The translations under genes and the position numbers were made by a program. This document shows positions 1 to 8,064 of a stretch of 32,000 bases of DNA, one piece after another. Position 1 is the stretch's first letter. Every line of letters begins with the position of its first letter. The notes below the pieces were generated by a model. That model was not told the DNA's origin and made no database searches. It worked only from the letters and a program-made list of their open reading frames with translations. This DNA comes from Geotalea uraniireducens Rf4 (lineage in GTDB: Bacteria; Desulfobacterota; Desulfuromonadia; Geobacterales; Geobacteraceae): positions 1,230,001 to 1,262,000 of the forward strand of contig NC_009483.1 of the NCBI RefSeq assembly GCF_000016745.1, written 5' to 3'.

Positions 1-501
1 ACGGTTGATCGCAAAACAAACACTTATCTTGCTGTCCTGGATAGGGTGTTCCATCAGGCGAACTCTTTAATGTTTATCGATCCGAATCTTGATCCAAGTT
101 CTCGCAATTACCGGGAGTTTTCTCGACTGCTCACACCTTTGAGCCAACGGCAGTTGCGTCCGAGGATCGAAATTCACCGGAGTCTTTGCCAGGGAGATGG
201 GCGTGCTCGCACGTTCCCGACAGAAGCAGACTGGAAAGTGAGTTTTGCTGGATTGGGGGCGGATCTACATGCCTGCGGCCTGACAGCCGAGGTTTTTCTT
301 TGGGATGATTTTCACGAGCGCTACCTGATTACCGATATCGTCGGGGTCAGCGTGCCTGCTGGCTTCGACGTAACCGGCAAGAAGGATGATTGGTCTACCT
401 GGGGGCGACTCGGGCGTGAAGACAAGGACAAGATTCAACGTCTTTTTGATCCCGCAGCGAGACCTGAGAGTCTGAAGTGGCACTTTCAGATCGGGGCATG
501 A
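1..501 (+). CDS. hypothetical protein, C-terminal fragment (frame open to the left window edge)
   Basis: Frame 1 has no stop from base 1 to TGA 499-501, so the GTG at 46 in the ORF track is probably internal. Composition is coding-like. I can name no family with confidence; I only note the C-terminal FHERYLITD...GVSVPAGFD segment. Confidence 0.45.
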   Translation, partial: TVDRKTNTYLAVLDRVFHQANSLMFIDPNLDPSSRNYREFSRLLTPLSQRQLRPRIEIHRSLCQGDGRARTFPTEADWKVSFAGLGADLHACGLTAEVFLWDDFHERYLITDIVGVSVPAGFDVTGKKDDWSTWGRLGREDKDKIQRLFDPAARPESLKWHFQIGA

Positions 502-541
502 TGCTGCACATATTTTAGAGTCGTCTTCCTAGTTTATAGAG

Positions 542-1756
542 ATGGTGTTAAGTGCTGATACGAAATGTTTGACGGAGGCAAATACATTCGCAATGAGTCC
601 CATTATGTTCCACTCAATACTCCCTTTCCTCATCATCGCGCCTCCGCTCGTCTACGCCCTGATCTCACTTTGGTGCGGCCGTGCCCATTTTAGCCGCAAA
701 AGGCCGCAAAACGCCACTCTCCCGCCGGTGACCATCCTCAAGCCGGTCAAGGGGATGGATGCGGAGAGCTTTGCCAACTTCGCCTCCTTCTGTTGTCAGG
801 ACTATCCCTGCTTCCAGATGGTGTTCGCCGTTGCGTCGGCTGAAGACCCGGCAATTCCGGTAATCAATCGGCTGATGGCGGAATTCCCGGCCGTCGACAT
901 GGAACTGGTGGTGGACGGACGGCTCTACGGCCCCAACTACAAGGTCTGCAACCTGATCAACGCCTTCCCCATGGCAAAATATGACATCATCATCGTCTGC
1001 GACAGCGACATCCGCGTGGGGGAGCGGTATCTGCAGGAGGTATGCGCGCCGTTCAGCGACCCTGAGGTGGGGCTCGTGACCTCGTTGTACCGGACTACCG
1101 GGGTGTACGGGGCCGCGAGCGCCATAGAGGCAATGGGGTTCACCACGGAGATGGTGCCGAACGTGATGGTGGCGCTCAAGCTTGAAGGGCTTTCCTTTGC
1201 CCTCGGCGCTTCCATGGCGGTGAGAAGGGCTGCGCTGGAGAAGATCGGCGGTTTCACCGCGCTTGTGGATTACCTGGCGGACGATTATCAGCTTGGCAAT
1301 AAGGTCTGGCGCGCCGGCTACCGGTTGGAGCTTTCCGACTACTACGTGGAAAGCATCATGCATCGGGAAACCCTGAAAAACATCCTCTCCCGCCAGCTGC
1401 GCTGGGCCCGCACCATGCGGGTCAGCCGTCCCGGCGGCTACTTTGCATCAGGCATCACCCAGCCATTCCCCGCGGCGTGCCTCTCCCTCGTCGTTTCCGG
1501 CTTCTCCCTGCCGGGTCTTGCGGCGGCAATTCTCCTTTACGCCTGCCGCGCCGTTACGGCGCTTGTCTACAGCCGTTCCTTCGTCCGCGACAATATCTTC
1601 CCCCGTTGGCTCTGGCTCCTCCCCGTGCGGGATTTCTTCGCCTTTGCCACCTGGGCGCTCTCTTTTCTCGGTAACCGCGTCAGCTGGCGCGGGCACCTGT
1701 TCCGGCTCCTACCCGGCGGCCGGATCGAGGAAGAGGGGCCTTTTCCTTCCCCATAA
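542..1756 (+). CDS. GT2-family membrane glycosyltransferase (ceramide glucosyltransferase / hopanoid HpnI-like)
   Basis: 404-aa ORF with an N-terminal TM helix, a CDSD (DxD-type) motif, a QLRWARTMR (Q/R-x-x-R-W) motif and C-terminal TM segments, typical of this GT2 subgroup. The start is ambiguous (ATG 542 or ATG 593). Confidence 0.8.
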   Translation: MVLSADTKCLTEANTFAMSPIMFHSILPFLIIAPPLVYALISLWCGRAHFSRKRPQNATLPPVTILKPVKGMDAESFANFASFCCQDYPCFQMVFAVASAEDPAIPVINRLMAEFPAVDMELVVDGRLYGPNYKVCNLINAFPMAKYDIIIVCDSDIRVGERYLQEVCAPFSDPEVGLVTSLYRTTGVYGAASAIEAMGFTTEMVPNVMVALKLEGLSFALGASMAVRRAALEKIGGFTALVDYLADDYQLGNKVWRAGYRLELSDYYVESIMHRETLKNILSRQLRWARTMRVSRPGGYFASGITQPFPAACLSLVVSGFSLPGLAAAILLYACRAVTALVYSRSFVRDNIFPRWLWLLPVRDFFAFATWALSFLGNRVSWRGHLFRLLPGGRIEEEGPFPSP

Positions 1757-1880
1757 CTGCAAAACTCCAAGCAGCTTTCATTCACGACTTGCTGAAATAA
1801 ATGCTCTTCCGGTGATGCTGTTTGCCGCGTGTCTGTTATAATCTTGACTGATTTAACCATATCAAAAGCCACAGTTGGTC

Positions 1881-2014
1881 ACGGATTAACACGGATCTGG
1901 ACGGATTTACACGGATAAATCAGGACATATTCCGGTTTCAGGCCATACCCCTTTGGGTCTTGGTTCTCGGTCTTCTAAATCCGTGAAAATCCGTACAAAT
2001 CAGATTTGATCCGT
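1881..2014. repeat. 10-bp-phased hexamer array: 4x ACGGAT (1881, 1891, 1901, 1911) and inverted ATCCGT (1979, 1989, degenerate 1999, 2009)
   Basis: Read directly. Consecutive 10-nt blocks each begin with ACGGAT. About 60 bp later consecutive blocks carry the reverse complement in the same register. Confidence 0.85.
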
Positions 2015-2055
2015 GTTCAAATGCTTTTTCAAGGTTTAAACATTCGCGAGGCATT

Positions 2056-4122
2056 ATGGCCGCTCCTCTCCGCAATGATATCCGCAACATCGGCATCATC
2101 TCCCATATCGACGCCGGCAAGACAACGGTTTCCGAGCGCATTCTCTTTTACGCCGGCGAAACCCACAAGATGGGTGAGGTGAACGAGGGGGAGGCGGTTA
2201 TGGACTGGATGCCCCAGGAGCAGGAACGGGGCATCACCATTACCGCCACTTCGACCACCTGCCGTTGGGGGCGGTTCTGGATCAACCTGATCGACACGCC
2301 GGGGCACATCGACTTTACCATCGAGGTGGAACGGAGCATGCGGGTGCTTGACGGGGCGGTGGCCATTCTCAGTGCCGTTGAAGGGGTCCAGCCCCAGACC
2401 GAGTCGGTGTGGCGTCAGGCGGATCGCTACCATGTGCCCCGCGTCTGCTTCATCAACAAGATGGACAGGGTCGGCGCGGATTATCGGGCGGTGCTGGCCG
2501 GGATGGAGGCGCGGCTCAAGGCCCGGTCGGTGCTCCTCCAGCTCCCCCTTGGAAATGAGGCTGAGTTCAGCGGTGTCATCGATCTTCTTGCCGAGGAGGT
2601 GCTCACCTTCAGCGCTGCCGACCAGGGAAAGACCGTGGAACGGCGGCCGATTCCACCGGAGTACCTGGATGAGGTAAGGATCGCCCGGAATAAGTTGGTA
2701 GAGGCGGCGGCCGATTTCGATGACGGCATTCTCAGTGATTATCTTGCCGGGGAGAGGGTGGATGCGGAGCGACTGCGTGAAGCAGTGAGGAAGGGAACCA
2801 CCTCCTGTCGCCTCTTTCCGGTATTGTTCGGCGCCGCCCTGCGCAATAAGGGGATACAGCCGCTTCTGGACGCAGTCGGGAGCTATCTCCCTTCTCCGCT
2901 TGAAATTCCGCCCGCCAACGGCAAGGGACCGGGAGCAGAGGAATTGAAGACGCTTCACTGCGACCCCGAGGCGCCTCTCGTGGCACTTGCTTTCAAGGTG
3001 CTGGCTGAGGAAGGGCGCAAGCTCACCTATCTGCGCATTTATTCGGGGACGCTCCGCAACGGGGCTGCGCTGCTCAACAGCAGCAGGGGGGTGATGGAGA
3101 AGCCGGCCCGCATGTTCCGCATGCATGCCCACAAAAGGGAGCAGGTCATGGCGGCGGCGGCAGGCGACATTATCGCCGTTACAGGGCTCAAGTATGCCCT
3201 GACCGGCGACACGCTCTGTGACCCGGACCACCCCCTGATACTGGACGGGCTCGTCGTCCCCGAACCGGTGGTTACACTGGCCGTGGAAGCGAAGGGGGTG
3301 GAGGACCGGGAGCGGCTCCCTTCGGCGCTGGAGAAACTCCAGTGGGAGGACCCCACCTTCAGGGTGCATGAGGACGAGGAAACCAGCCAGACCATACTTA
3401 CAGGGATGGGGGAACTGCACCTGGAGATCGTAACCGACCGGCTGTTCAGGGAATACGGCGTTGCGGTAAAAACCGGAGCTCCGCGGGTCATGTACCGGGA
3501 AACCCTGCGTCATGCCGTGGAGCGACGGGAACTGTTCAGCCGGGAAGTGGACGGGAAACTGCACAAGGGGGAGGTGTTGCTGCGCCTCACGCCCCTTTCC
3601 CGCGGTGAAGGGGTGCGCATCCTTCTCCCTCCCGAAGAAGAGCTGCTGTTGCCGATCGAGTTGCGCACCGTCCTGGAGGAGAGCCTGCGCCAGGTCTGTG
3701 CTGCCGGGGCCAAAACCGGCTATCCGTTGACCGACCTGGAGGTAAGGGTGATCGAGGCCCCCTATGAACCGAATATCACCACCGACCTGGGGTTACGGGC
3801 TGCCGCCCATCGGGGGATGGTGCTGGCTGCGCAGGCCGGACCGCTCGTTATTCTCGAACCGGTGATGACCCTGGAGCTTGTCATACCTGCGGAACATGCC
3901 GGCAGGGTGCTCGGCAGCATTCAGCAGAAGCGGGGCCGGGTGGAGGGGATAGAAAGCTCCGCAGACAGCGAGTTTATCCGGGCGCAGGTTCCCCTGTCGG
4001 AAATGTTCGGCTACATGACGGAATTGCGTAGCGCCACCAAGGGGCGCGGCACCTACACCATGGAATTTTTCCGTTTCGACGTTGCCCCTGAAGATATCCA
4101 GAGGCGCTTCGGCTTGGAATAA
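2056..4122 (+). CDS. fusA: elongation factor G paralog (EF-G2-like translational GTPase)
   Basis: 688-aa ORF. It carries [22 protein letters not shown] and NKMD GTPase motifs and the C-terminal PLSEMFGY...[11 protein letters not shown] block typical of EF-G. RBS GCGAGG lies upstream of ATG 2056. It is not in an str-operon context. Confidence 0.93.
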   Translation: MAAPLRNDIRNIGIISHIDAGKTTVSERILFYAGETHKMGEVNEGEAVMDWMPQEQERGITITATSTTCRWGRFWINLIDTPGHIDFTIEVERSMRVLDGAVAILSAVEGVQPQTESVWRQADRYHVPRVCFINKMDRVGADYRAVLAGMEARLKARSVLLQLPLGNEAEFSGVIDLLAEEVLTFSAADQGKTVERRPIPPEYLDEVRIARNKLVEAAADFDDGILSDYLAGERVDAERLREAVRKGTTSCRLFPVLFGAALRNKGIQPLLDAVGSYLPSPLEIPPANGKGPGAEELKTLHCDPEAPLVALAFKVLAEEGRKLTYLRIYSGTLRNGAALLNSSRGVMEKPARMFRMHAHKREQVMAAAAGDIIAVTGLKYALTGDTLCDPDHPLILDGLVVPEPVVTLAVEAKGVEDRERLPSALEKLQWEDPTFRVHEDEETSQTILTGMGELHLEIVTDRLFREYGVAVKTGAPRVMYRETLRHAVERRELFSREVDGKLHKGEVLLRLTPLSRGEGVRILLPPEEELLLPIELRTVLEESLRQVCAAGAKTGYPLTDLEVRVIEAPYEPNITTDLGLRAAAHRGMVLAAQAGPLVILEPVMTLELVIPAEHAGRVLGSIQQKRGRVEGIESSADSEFIRAQVPLSEMFGYMTELRSATKGRGTYTMEFFRFDVAPEDIQRRFGLE

Positions 4123-4137
4123 AAGAAGGATAATGAC

Positions 4138-4377
4138 GATGGGTATTCAGCGTTGTCCGGTTTGGTTTGTGCATCAAGGTTGTTAAGCCCCATTAGGGGC
4201 GTTCGAATGTAGCCGGGGGATTCATCCCCCGGATGAGATGCTATATTTCCCCACGTCACGTACGTGACGTGATGATATTTCGCCTGGATGACCGGGGAAT
4301 GAATTCCCCGGCTACCAGTATTCTGTCCCTACGGGACGTAAGCAAAAACCAAACCGGACAACGCTGATGGGTATTCA
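4138..4377. mobile_element. MITE-like nested palindromic element (about 216 bp) bracketed by the 12-bp direct repeat GATGGGTATTCA
   Basis: The direct repeat sits at 4138-4149 and 4366-4377. A perfect 19-bp terminal inverted repeat sits at 4150-4168 / 4346-4364. There are mirrored internal hairpins and a central perfect 20-bp palindrome at 4252-4271. No ORF. Confidence 0.7.
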
Positions 4378-4433
4378 ATATCATGCCCGTAACCGTTGGT
4401 CTAATTCCAATTTGCGATCATGTTGAGACTATT

Positions 4434-4484
4434 GGAGCGTAGGCATCTTGCCTGCGGCAAAGGCAGGCTGGAAGCCTACCCTCC
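4434..4484. repeat. REP-like stem-loop (GGAGCGTAGGC ... GCCTACCCTCC)
   Basis: 11-nt arms are complementary with one mismatch and there is internal GCCTGC/GCAGGC pairing. It lies in the intergenic region upstream of the aldehyde dehydrogenase. Confidence 0.55.
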
Positions 4485-4569
4485 TTTGATTAATGTCAAC
4501 TTGAAAGCAATGTGGAATAGGAACGGTAAAGCCGGCTGTTGCCGATGACGCAATTCAGCGGGAGGTCAC

Positions 4570-6195
4570 ATGACACTGAAAGAGAGGATCGATAAATTGT
4601 TCCCGACGGAAGCGGAGATAAGCAAGTCTTTCCGCCTGCCGGAACCGATCGAGTTGAACAGTTTTCTCATCAACGGAGAACTGCGCAGTTGGAACGGTCC
4701 CATGCAGGAGGTTTTTTCCCCGGTCTGCGTGAAGACCGAAGCGGGGCTTTTCCGGCAGATGATCGGGAGGTTCCCGTTGATGGCAGAGTCCGACGCGTTG
4801 TCTGTCCTTGATGCGGCAGTCGGGGCCTACGACTGCGGCCGGGGGCGCTGGCCGACCATGTCCGTTGAGGAGCGGATTGCCTGCGTTCAGGAATTCGCCT
4901 ACCGGATGAAAGAAAAGCGGTCTGAGGTGGTGAGCCTTCTCATGTGGGAAATCGGCAAGTCGCTCAAGGATTCCGAAAAGGAATTCGACAGGACGGTCGA
5001 TTACATAGCCGATACCATCGATGCGCTGAAAGAACTGGATCGGGTTTCGTCCCGGTTTGTCGTCGCCCAGGGGATCATCGGCCAGATCCGTCGCGCGCCG
5101 ATAGGGGTCGCCCTTTGCATGGGCCCCTACAACTATCCCTTGAATGAAACCTTCACCACTCTGATTCCGGCATTGATCATGGGGAATACGGTTATCCTCA
5201 AGCCGCCGCGCCACGGGGTACTCCTATTTTACCCCCTTCTGGAGGCGTTCCGCGATTCTTTCCCTCCCGGGGTGGTGAACACGCTTTTCGGCGCCGGAAG
5301 GACGGTCACTCCGCCGCTGATGGCTTCCGGCAAGGTGGACGTGCTCGCCTTCATCGGTACGAGCAAGGCTGCCGATAGCTTGCAAAAAGGGCATCCCAGG
5401 ATGCATCGGCTCCGCTTGGTGCTGGGGCTGGAGGCAAAAAATCCCGCCATTGTCCTCCCTGACGCCGACCTGGAGTCCGCTGTCGAGGAGTGTGTGGCCG
5501 GGAGCCTGTCGTTCAACGGCCAACGCTGCACTGCAATCAAGATCGTTTTCGTTCACGAGAGCATTGCGGATGAATTCCTCAGCCGCTTTGCAGCGGCAAT
5601 CGCCGTCATGAAATGCGGTATGCCATGGGAGTCGGGGGTCGGCATAACGCCGTTGCCGGAGCCGGGTAAGCCGGAATATCTGTCCTGCCTGGTTGCAGAC
5701 GCCGTACGCCTTGGGGCACGGGTAGCCAATGAGGCGGGGGGGACGGTCAACGGTACCTTTTTCTACCCGGCCCTGGTGTATCCGGTAACGGCGGAGATGA
5801 AGCTTTATAATGAAGAGCAGTTCGGTCCTGTCATACCGGTCCTGCCGTTTACGGATATCGAGACGCCGATCGAGTATCTCACGGCATCGGACTACGGCCA
5901 GCAGGTGAGTATTTTCGGCCGGGATGCAGCGGTTCTGGCAAAGCTCATCGATCCCCTGGTCAACCAGGTTTCCCGCGTCAATATCAACAGCCAGTGCCAG
6001 CGTGGCCCGGATATCTTCCCCTTTACGGGCAGGAAAGATTCGGCGGTCGGCACCCTCTCCGTTTCCGATGCCCTGCGGGCCTTTTCCATCCGCACCCTCG
6101 TGGCCGCCAGAGATACCGAACTCAATAAGGAGATCATTCGCACTATCGTCCGCGAGCAAAAATCCAACTTTCTTTCCACGGATTTCATTCTGTAA
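4570..6195 (+). CDS. aldehyde dehydrogenase family protein (non-phosphorylating GapN-like)
   Basis: 541-aa [14 protein letters not shown] (general-base Glu region) and [10 protein letters not shown] (catalytic Cys) are ALDH-superfamily motifs. RBS GGGAGG lies before ATG 4570. Confidence 0.88.
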   Translation: MTLKERIDKLFPTEAEISKSFRLPEPIELNSFLINGELRSWNGPMQEVFSPVCVKTEAGLFRQMIGRFPLMAESDALSVLDAAVGAYDCGRGRWPTMSVEERIACVQEFAYRMKEKRSEVVSLLMWEIGKSLKDSEKEFDRTVDYIADTIDALKELDRVSSRFVVAQGIIGQIRRAPIGVALCMGPYNYPLNETFTTLIPALIMGNTVILKPPRHGVLLFYPLLEAFRDSFPPGVVNTLFGAGRTVTPPLMASGKVDVLAFIGTSKAADSLQKGHPRMHRLRLVLGLEAKNPAIVLPDADLESAVEECVAGSLSFNGQRCTAIKIVFVHESIADEFLSRFAAAIAVMKCGMPWESGVGITPLPEPGKPEYLSCLVADAVRLGARVANEAGGTVNGTFFYPALVYPVTAEMKLYNEEQFGPVIPVLPFTDIETPIEYLTASDYGQQVSIFGRDAAVLAKLIDPLVNQVSRVNINSQCQRGPDIFPFTGRKDSAVGTLSVSDALRAFSIRTLVAARDTELNKEIIRTIVREQKSNFLSTDFIL

Positions 6196-6250
6196 CGGGG
6201 AGGCTGATTGCGGTGGTGCTTTAGACGGCCTGCTGAGCGTTGTGGTGTGG

Positions 6251-6278
6251 TTGCAGGTCCCGGGAACGGCGTTATAAT
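6251..6278 (+). promoter_or_regulatory. sigma70-type promoter candidate TTGCAG-N16-TATAAT
   Basis: TTGCAG at 6251-6256 and TATAAT at 6273-6278 with a 16-nt spacer, about 100 nt upstream of ATG 6385. Confidence 0.5.
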
Positions 6279-6384
6279 AGGGATGTGTACGTGTACTAAC
6301 GGCATTGACGCGTTCAGAGTGTCAGCGTGGGAGGTAGAATCGGGCGCATGATGTCGTGGAAAAATAACATACGGAGGTTTATGC

Positions 6385-6735
6385 ATGAGGGGGAATGATG
6401 CCGTACAGCAGGTCAAAGCACTGAGAACCAGTGAGCAGAGCTTTGTAAAGTGGTGGCGTAAGGATAACGATTTTGTCGATTTTGCGCTGATCGACGCATT
6501 CCTCGACCACGTAAAGGCGGATGATGTAATAGACGGTTTTGAGCTGCTCGACATGGAAATGATGTGGGATGTGCTCCACAGCCTGAACCCGGACACTCTG
6601 TTGCGGGGGAGGAAGAACGGGGAGGAAATCATCACCTGGCGATGGGTCGACAGGGACGGCAACGAAAAGACGACTATTTACCCCTTCACTCCCGAAGCGC
6701 TCATGACACTGATTGATACGGAGTTCTTTGCCTAG
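6385..6735 (+). CDS. hypothetical acidic 116-aa protein, no recognisable family
   Basis: ORF with RBS ACGGAGG 7 nt before ATG 6385 and a plausible amino-acid composition. Its stop TAG (6733-6735) lies on the end of the MITE copy. Confidence 0.55.
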   Translation: MRGNDAVQQVKALRTSEQSFVKWWRKDNDFVDFALIDAFLDHVKADDVIDGFELLDMEMMWDVLHSLNPDTLLRGRKNGEEIITWRWVDRDGNEKTTIYPFTPEALMTLIDTEFFA

Positions 6736-6898
6736 GAGCCTGTCGAACTCAGGAAGAATCTACTGCGAGAACGGAAAATCGGCCCATATTCCCGGAAATT
6801 TTCGACAAATAGGTCCACTATTCGCTCTCAAATGTCCGAAAATCTGTCCTCGATTTGCCATTCTCTCGTTACGATTCCCCAAGTCCGACAGGCTCCTG
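6733..6898. mobile_element. MITE copy A (about 163 bp, terminal inverted repeats GGAGCCTGTCGRACT.AGG / CC.AAGTCCGAYAGGCTCC)
   Basis: Near-identical second copy at 8819-8985. The left and right halves are largely self-complementary. No ORF of its own (track ORF 6713..6916 is spurious). TA/TG flanks. Confidence 0.85.
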
Positions 6899-6939
6899 GG
6901 AGTTTCATGTGATTAATTTTGATGAAGGAGGGTGGTGCT

Positions 6940-7236
6940 ATGACCAACAAGTGGGAAGAACGGGAAAAAGCCCTGGAAAACCAGTATATCTACAACGAGG
7001 AAAAGAAGAAGATCGAGCAGATGAGGGAGTCGGCCTGCGAGGAGATAATCCATGCGTATTGCCGCAATCGTTGCCCCAAGTGTGGCTCTGCCATTGAGGC
7101 CATGACTTTCCGCGGGGTGCCGCTCGATAAATGCCCAGGCTGCGGCGGGGTCTGGCTTGGCCCCAAGGACCTGCAGATCCTGGCGGCAAAGGATCATCGC
7201 AGCTGGTTCGACAAATGGTTCAAGGGTGAGGAATAA
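6940..7236 (+). CDS. TFIIB-type zinc-ribbon domain protein (zf-TFIIB-like) with charged helical N-terminus
   Basis: CPKC-x16-CPGC followed by GGVWLGPKDL, the pattern of the small bacterial TFIIB-type zinc-ribbon family. RBS GAAGGAGGG lies 7 nt before ATG 6940; the track start TTG 6919 is less likely. Confidence 0.75.
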   Translation: MTNKWEEREKALENQYIYNEEKKKIEQMRESACEEIIHAYCRNRCPKCGSAIEAMTFRGVPLDKCPGCGGVWLGPKDLQILAAKDHRSWFDKWFKGEE

Positions 7237-7256
7237 GAGAACGGAAACTGAATAAG

Positions 7257-7288
7257 AAAAGCCCCGGGATATGGTCCCGGGACTTTTC
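7257..7288 (+). terminator. rho-independent terminator (potentially bidirectional)
   Basis: AAAAG-CCCGGGA-TATGG-TCCCGGG-ACTTTT. The GC stem is flanked by an A-tract and a T-tract, 20 nt after the zinc-ribbon stop. Confidence 0.75.
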
Positions 7289-7910
7289 CCCTCTAATTGG
7301 CACCGTGCTAAGATACTTTATCCTTCTCTGTCGGTGGAAATCTTATAGCCCCTTACCGTATGCCGTTTTGCGGGCATGCAATCAGATTGAGCCAGTCGTT
7401 TTTCCCCTTTTAAGCGGCTGTCACGCTGCCTGGCAGATGAGACAAATCGCGTTCCGCGTTATCTTGCACAGCACCAATTATTTGATTCGCTCCGGGATAT
7501 CGTATGTTCGTGAGAGTGGCTGATCTTGTCCTTGTATTCTATTGAGAAAACGCTTCAGGCTTCTCTCTGCATGGAGAGCTTGCTCACCACGATTGAACTC
7601 AATATTCGAATTTGCAATAAATGATAATCAGGGCCTCGCCCGATGTATTACGCATATCCCAGAGAATTTTCAAAGAACATTGTCTTTGAAAGTTTTAATG
7701 CAACAGGGGTGCCAGTCGTGCAACTTATTGATTTGATGGAAAGTGTGTTTTAAGCGTTTTCCGAATGTGTATGCGAATCCGACAATCCTGCAGAACCAGC
7801 CGGGGCAAATGATCGGCAGTGAATGTAATTTGCAGTATTTATCATATGTTACGGAGCTGGAGCTCAATGTAAAGAAATGAATAATCGATGTCGGAATATT
7901 TTACATCCTG

Positions 7911-8052
7911 ATTAGCACTAATCTTCCGCAGAAGTTACCCCCCTTTGAGAAAGGGGGGCAAGGGGGGATTTTCCTGCTGCGATGAAAGGCAAATCCCCCT
8001 AAATCCCCCTTTCATAAAGGGGGACTTGGTCTTTCGGAAGATTGGTACTAAT
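7911..8052. repeat. hairpin-rich repeat element with 18-bp imperfect terminal inverted repeats and G6/C6 stems
   Basis: ATTAGCACTAATCTTCCG (7911-7928) pairs with CGGAAGATTGGTACTAAT (8035-8052) with 2 mismatches. Internal hairpins are CCCCCCTTT-GAG-AAAGGGGGG (7938-7958) and TCCCCCTTT-CAT-AAAGGGGGA (8004-8024). It produces the spurious ORF 7945..8307. Confidence 0.7.
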
Positions 8053-8064
8053 CGGCTTTTACAT

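Noticed and set aside
2029-3564. 511-aa minus-strand ORF antisense to the EF-G paralog
   Set aside because: This is a shadow ORF typical of GC-rich coding DNA. The plus-strand frame has unmistakable EF-G motifs over the same bases. The antisense product is Arg/Pro/Gly-rich and has no motifs or RBS.
2056-4122. EF-G paralog as a Tet(M)/Tet(O)-type ribosomal protection protein
   Set aside because: Its length (688 aa), N-terminal block ([21 protein letters not shown]) and C-terminal block follow EF-G rather than the about 640-aa Tet(M) family as I recall it. There is no resistance-island context.
6713-6916. 67-aa ORF covering MITE copy A
   Set aside because: It lies entirely within the repeat element. 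The second copy does not preserve the frame because of a 1-bp indel. It has no RBS.
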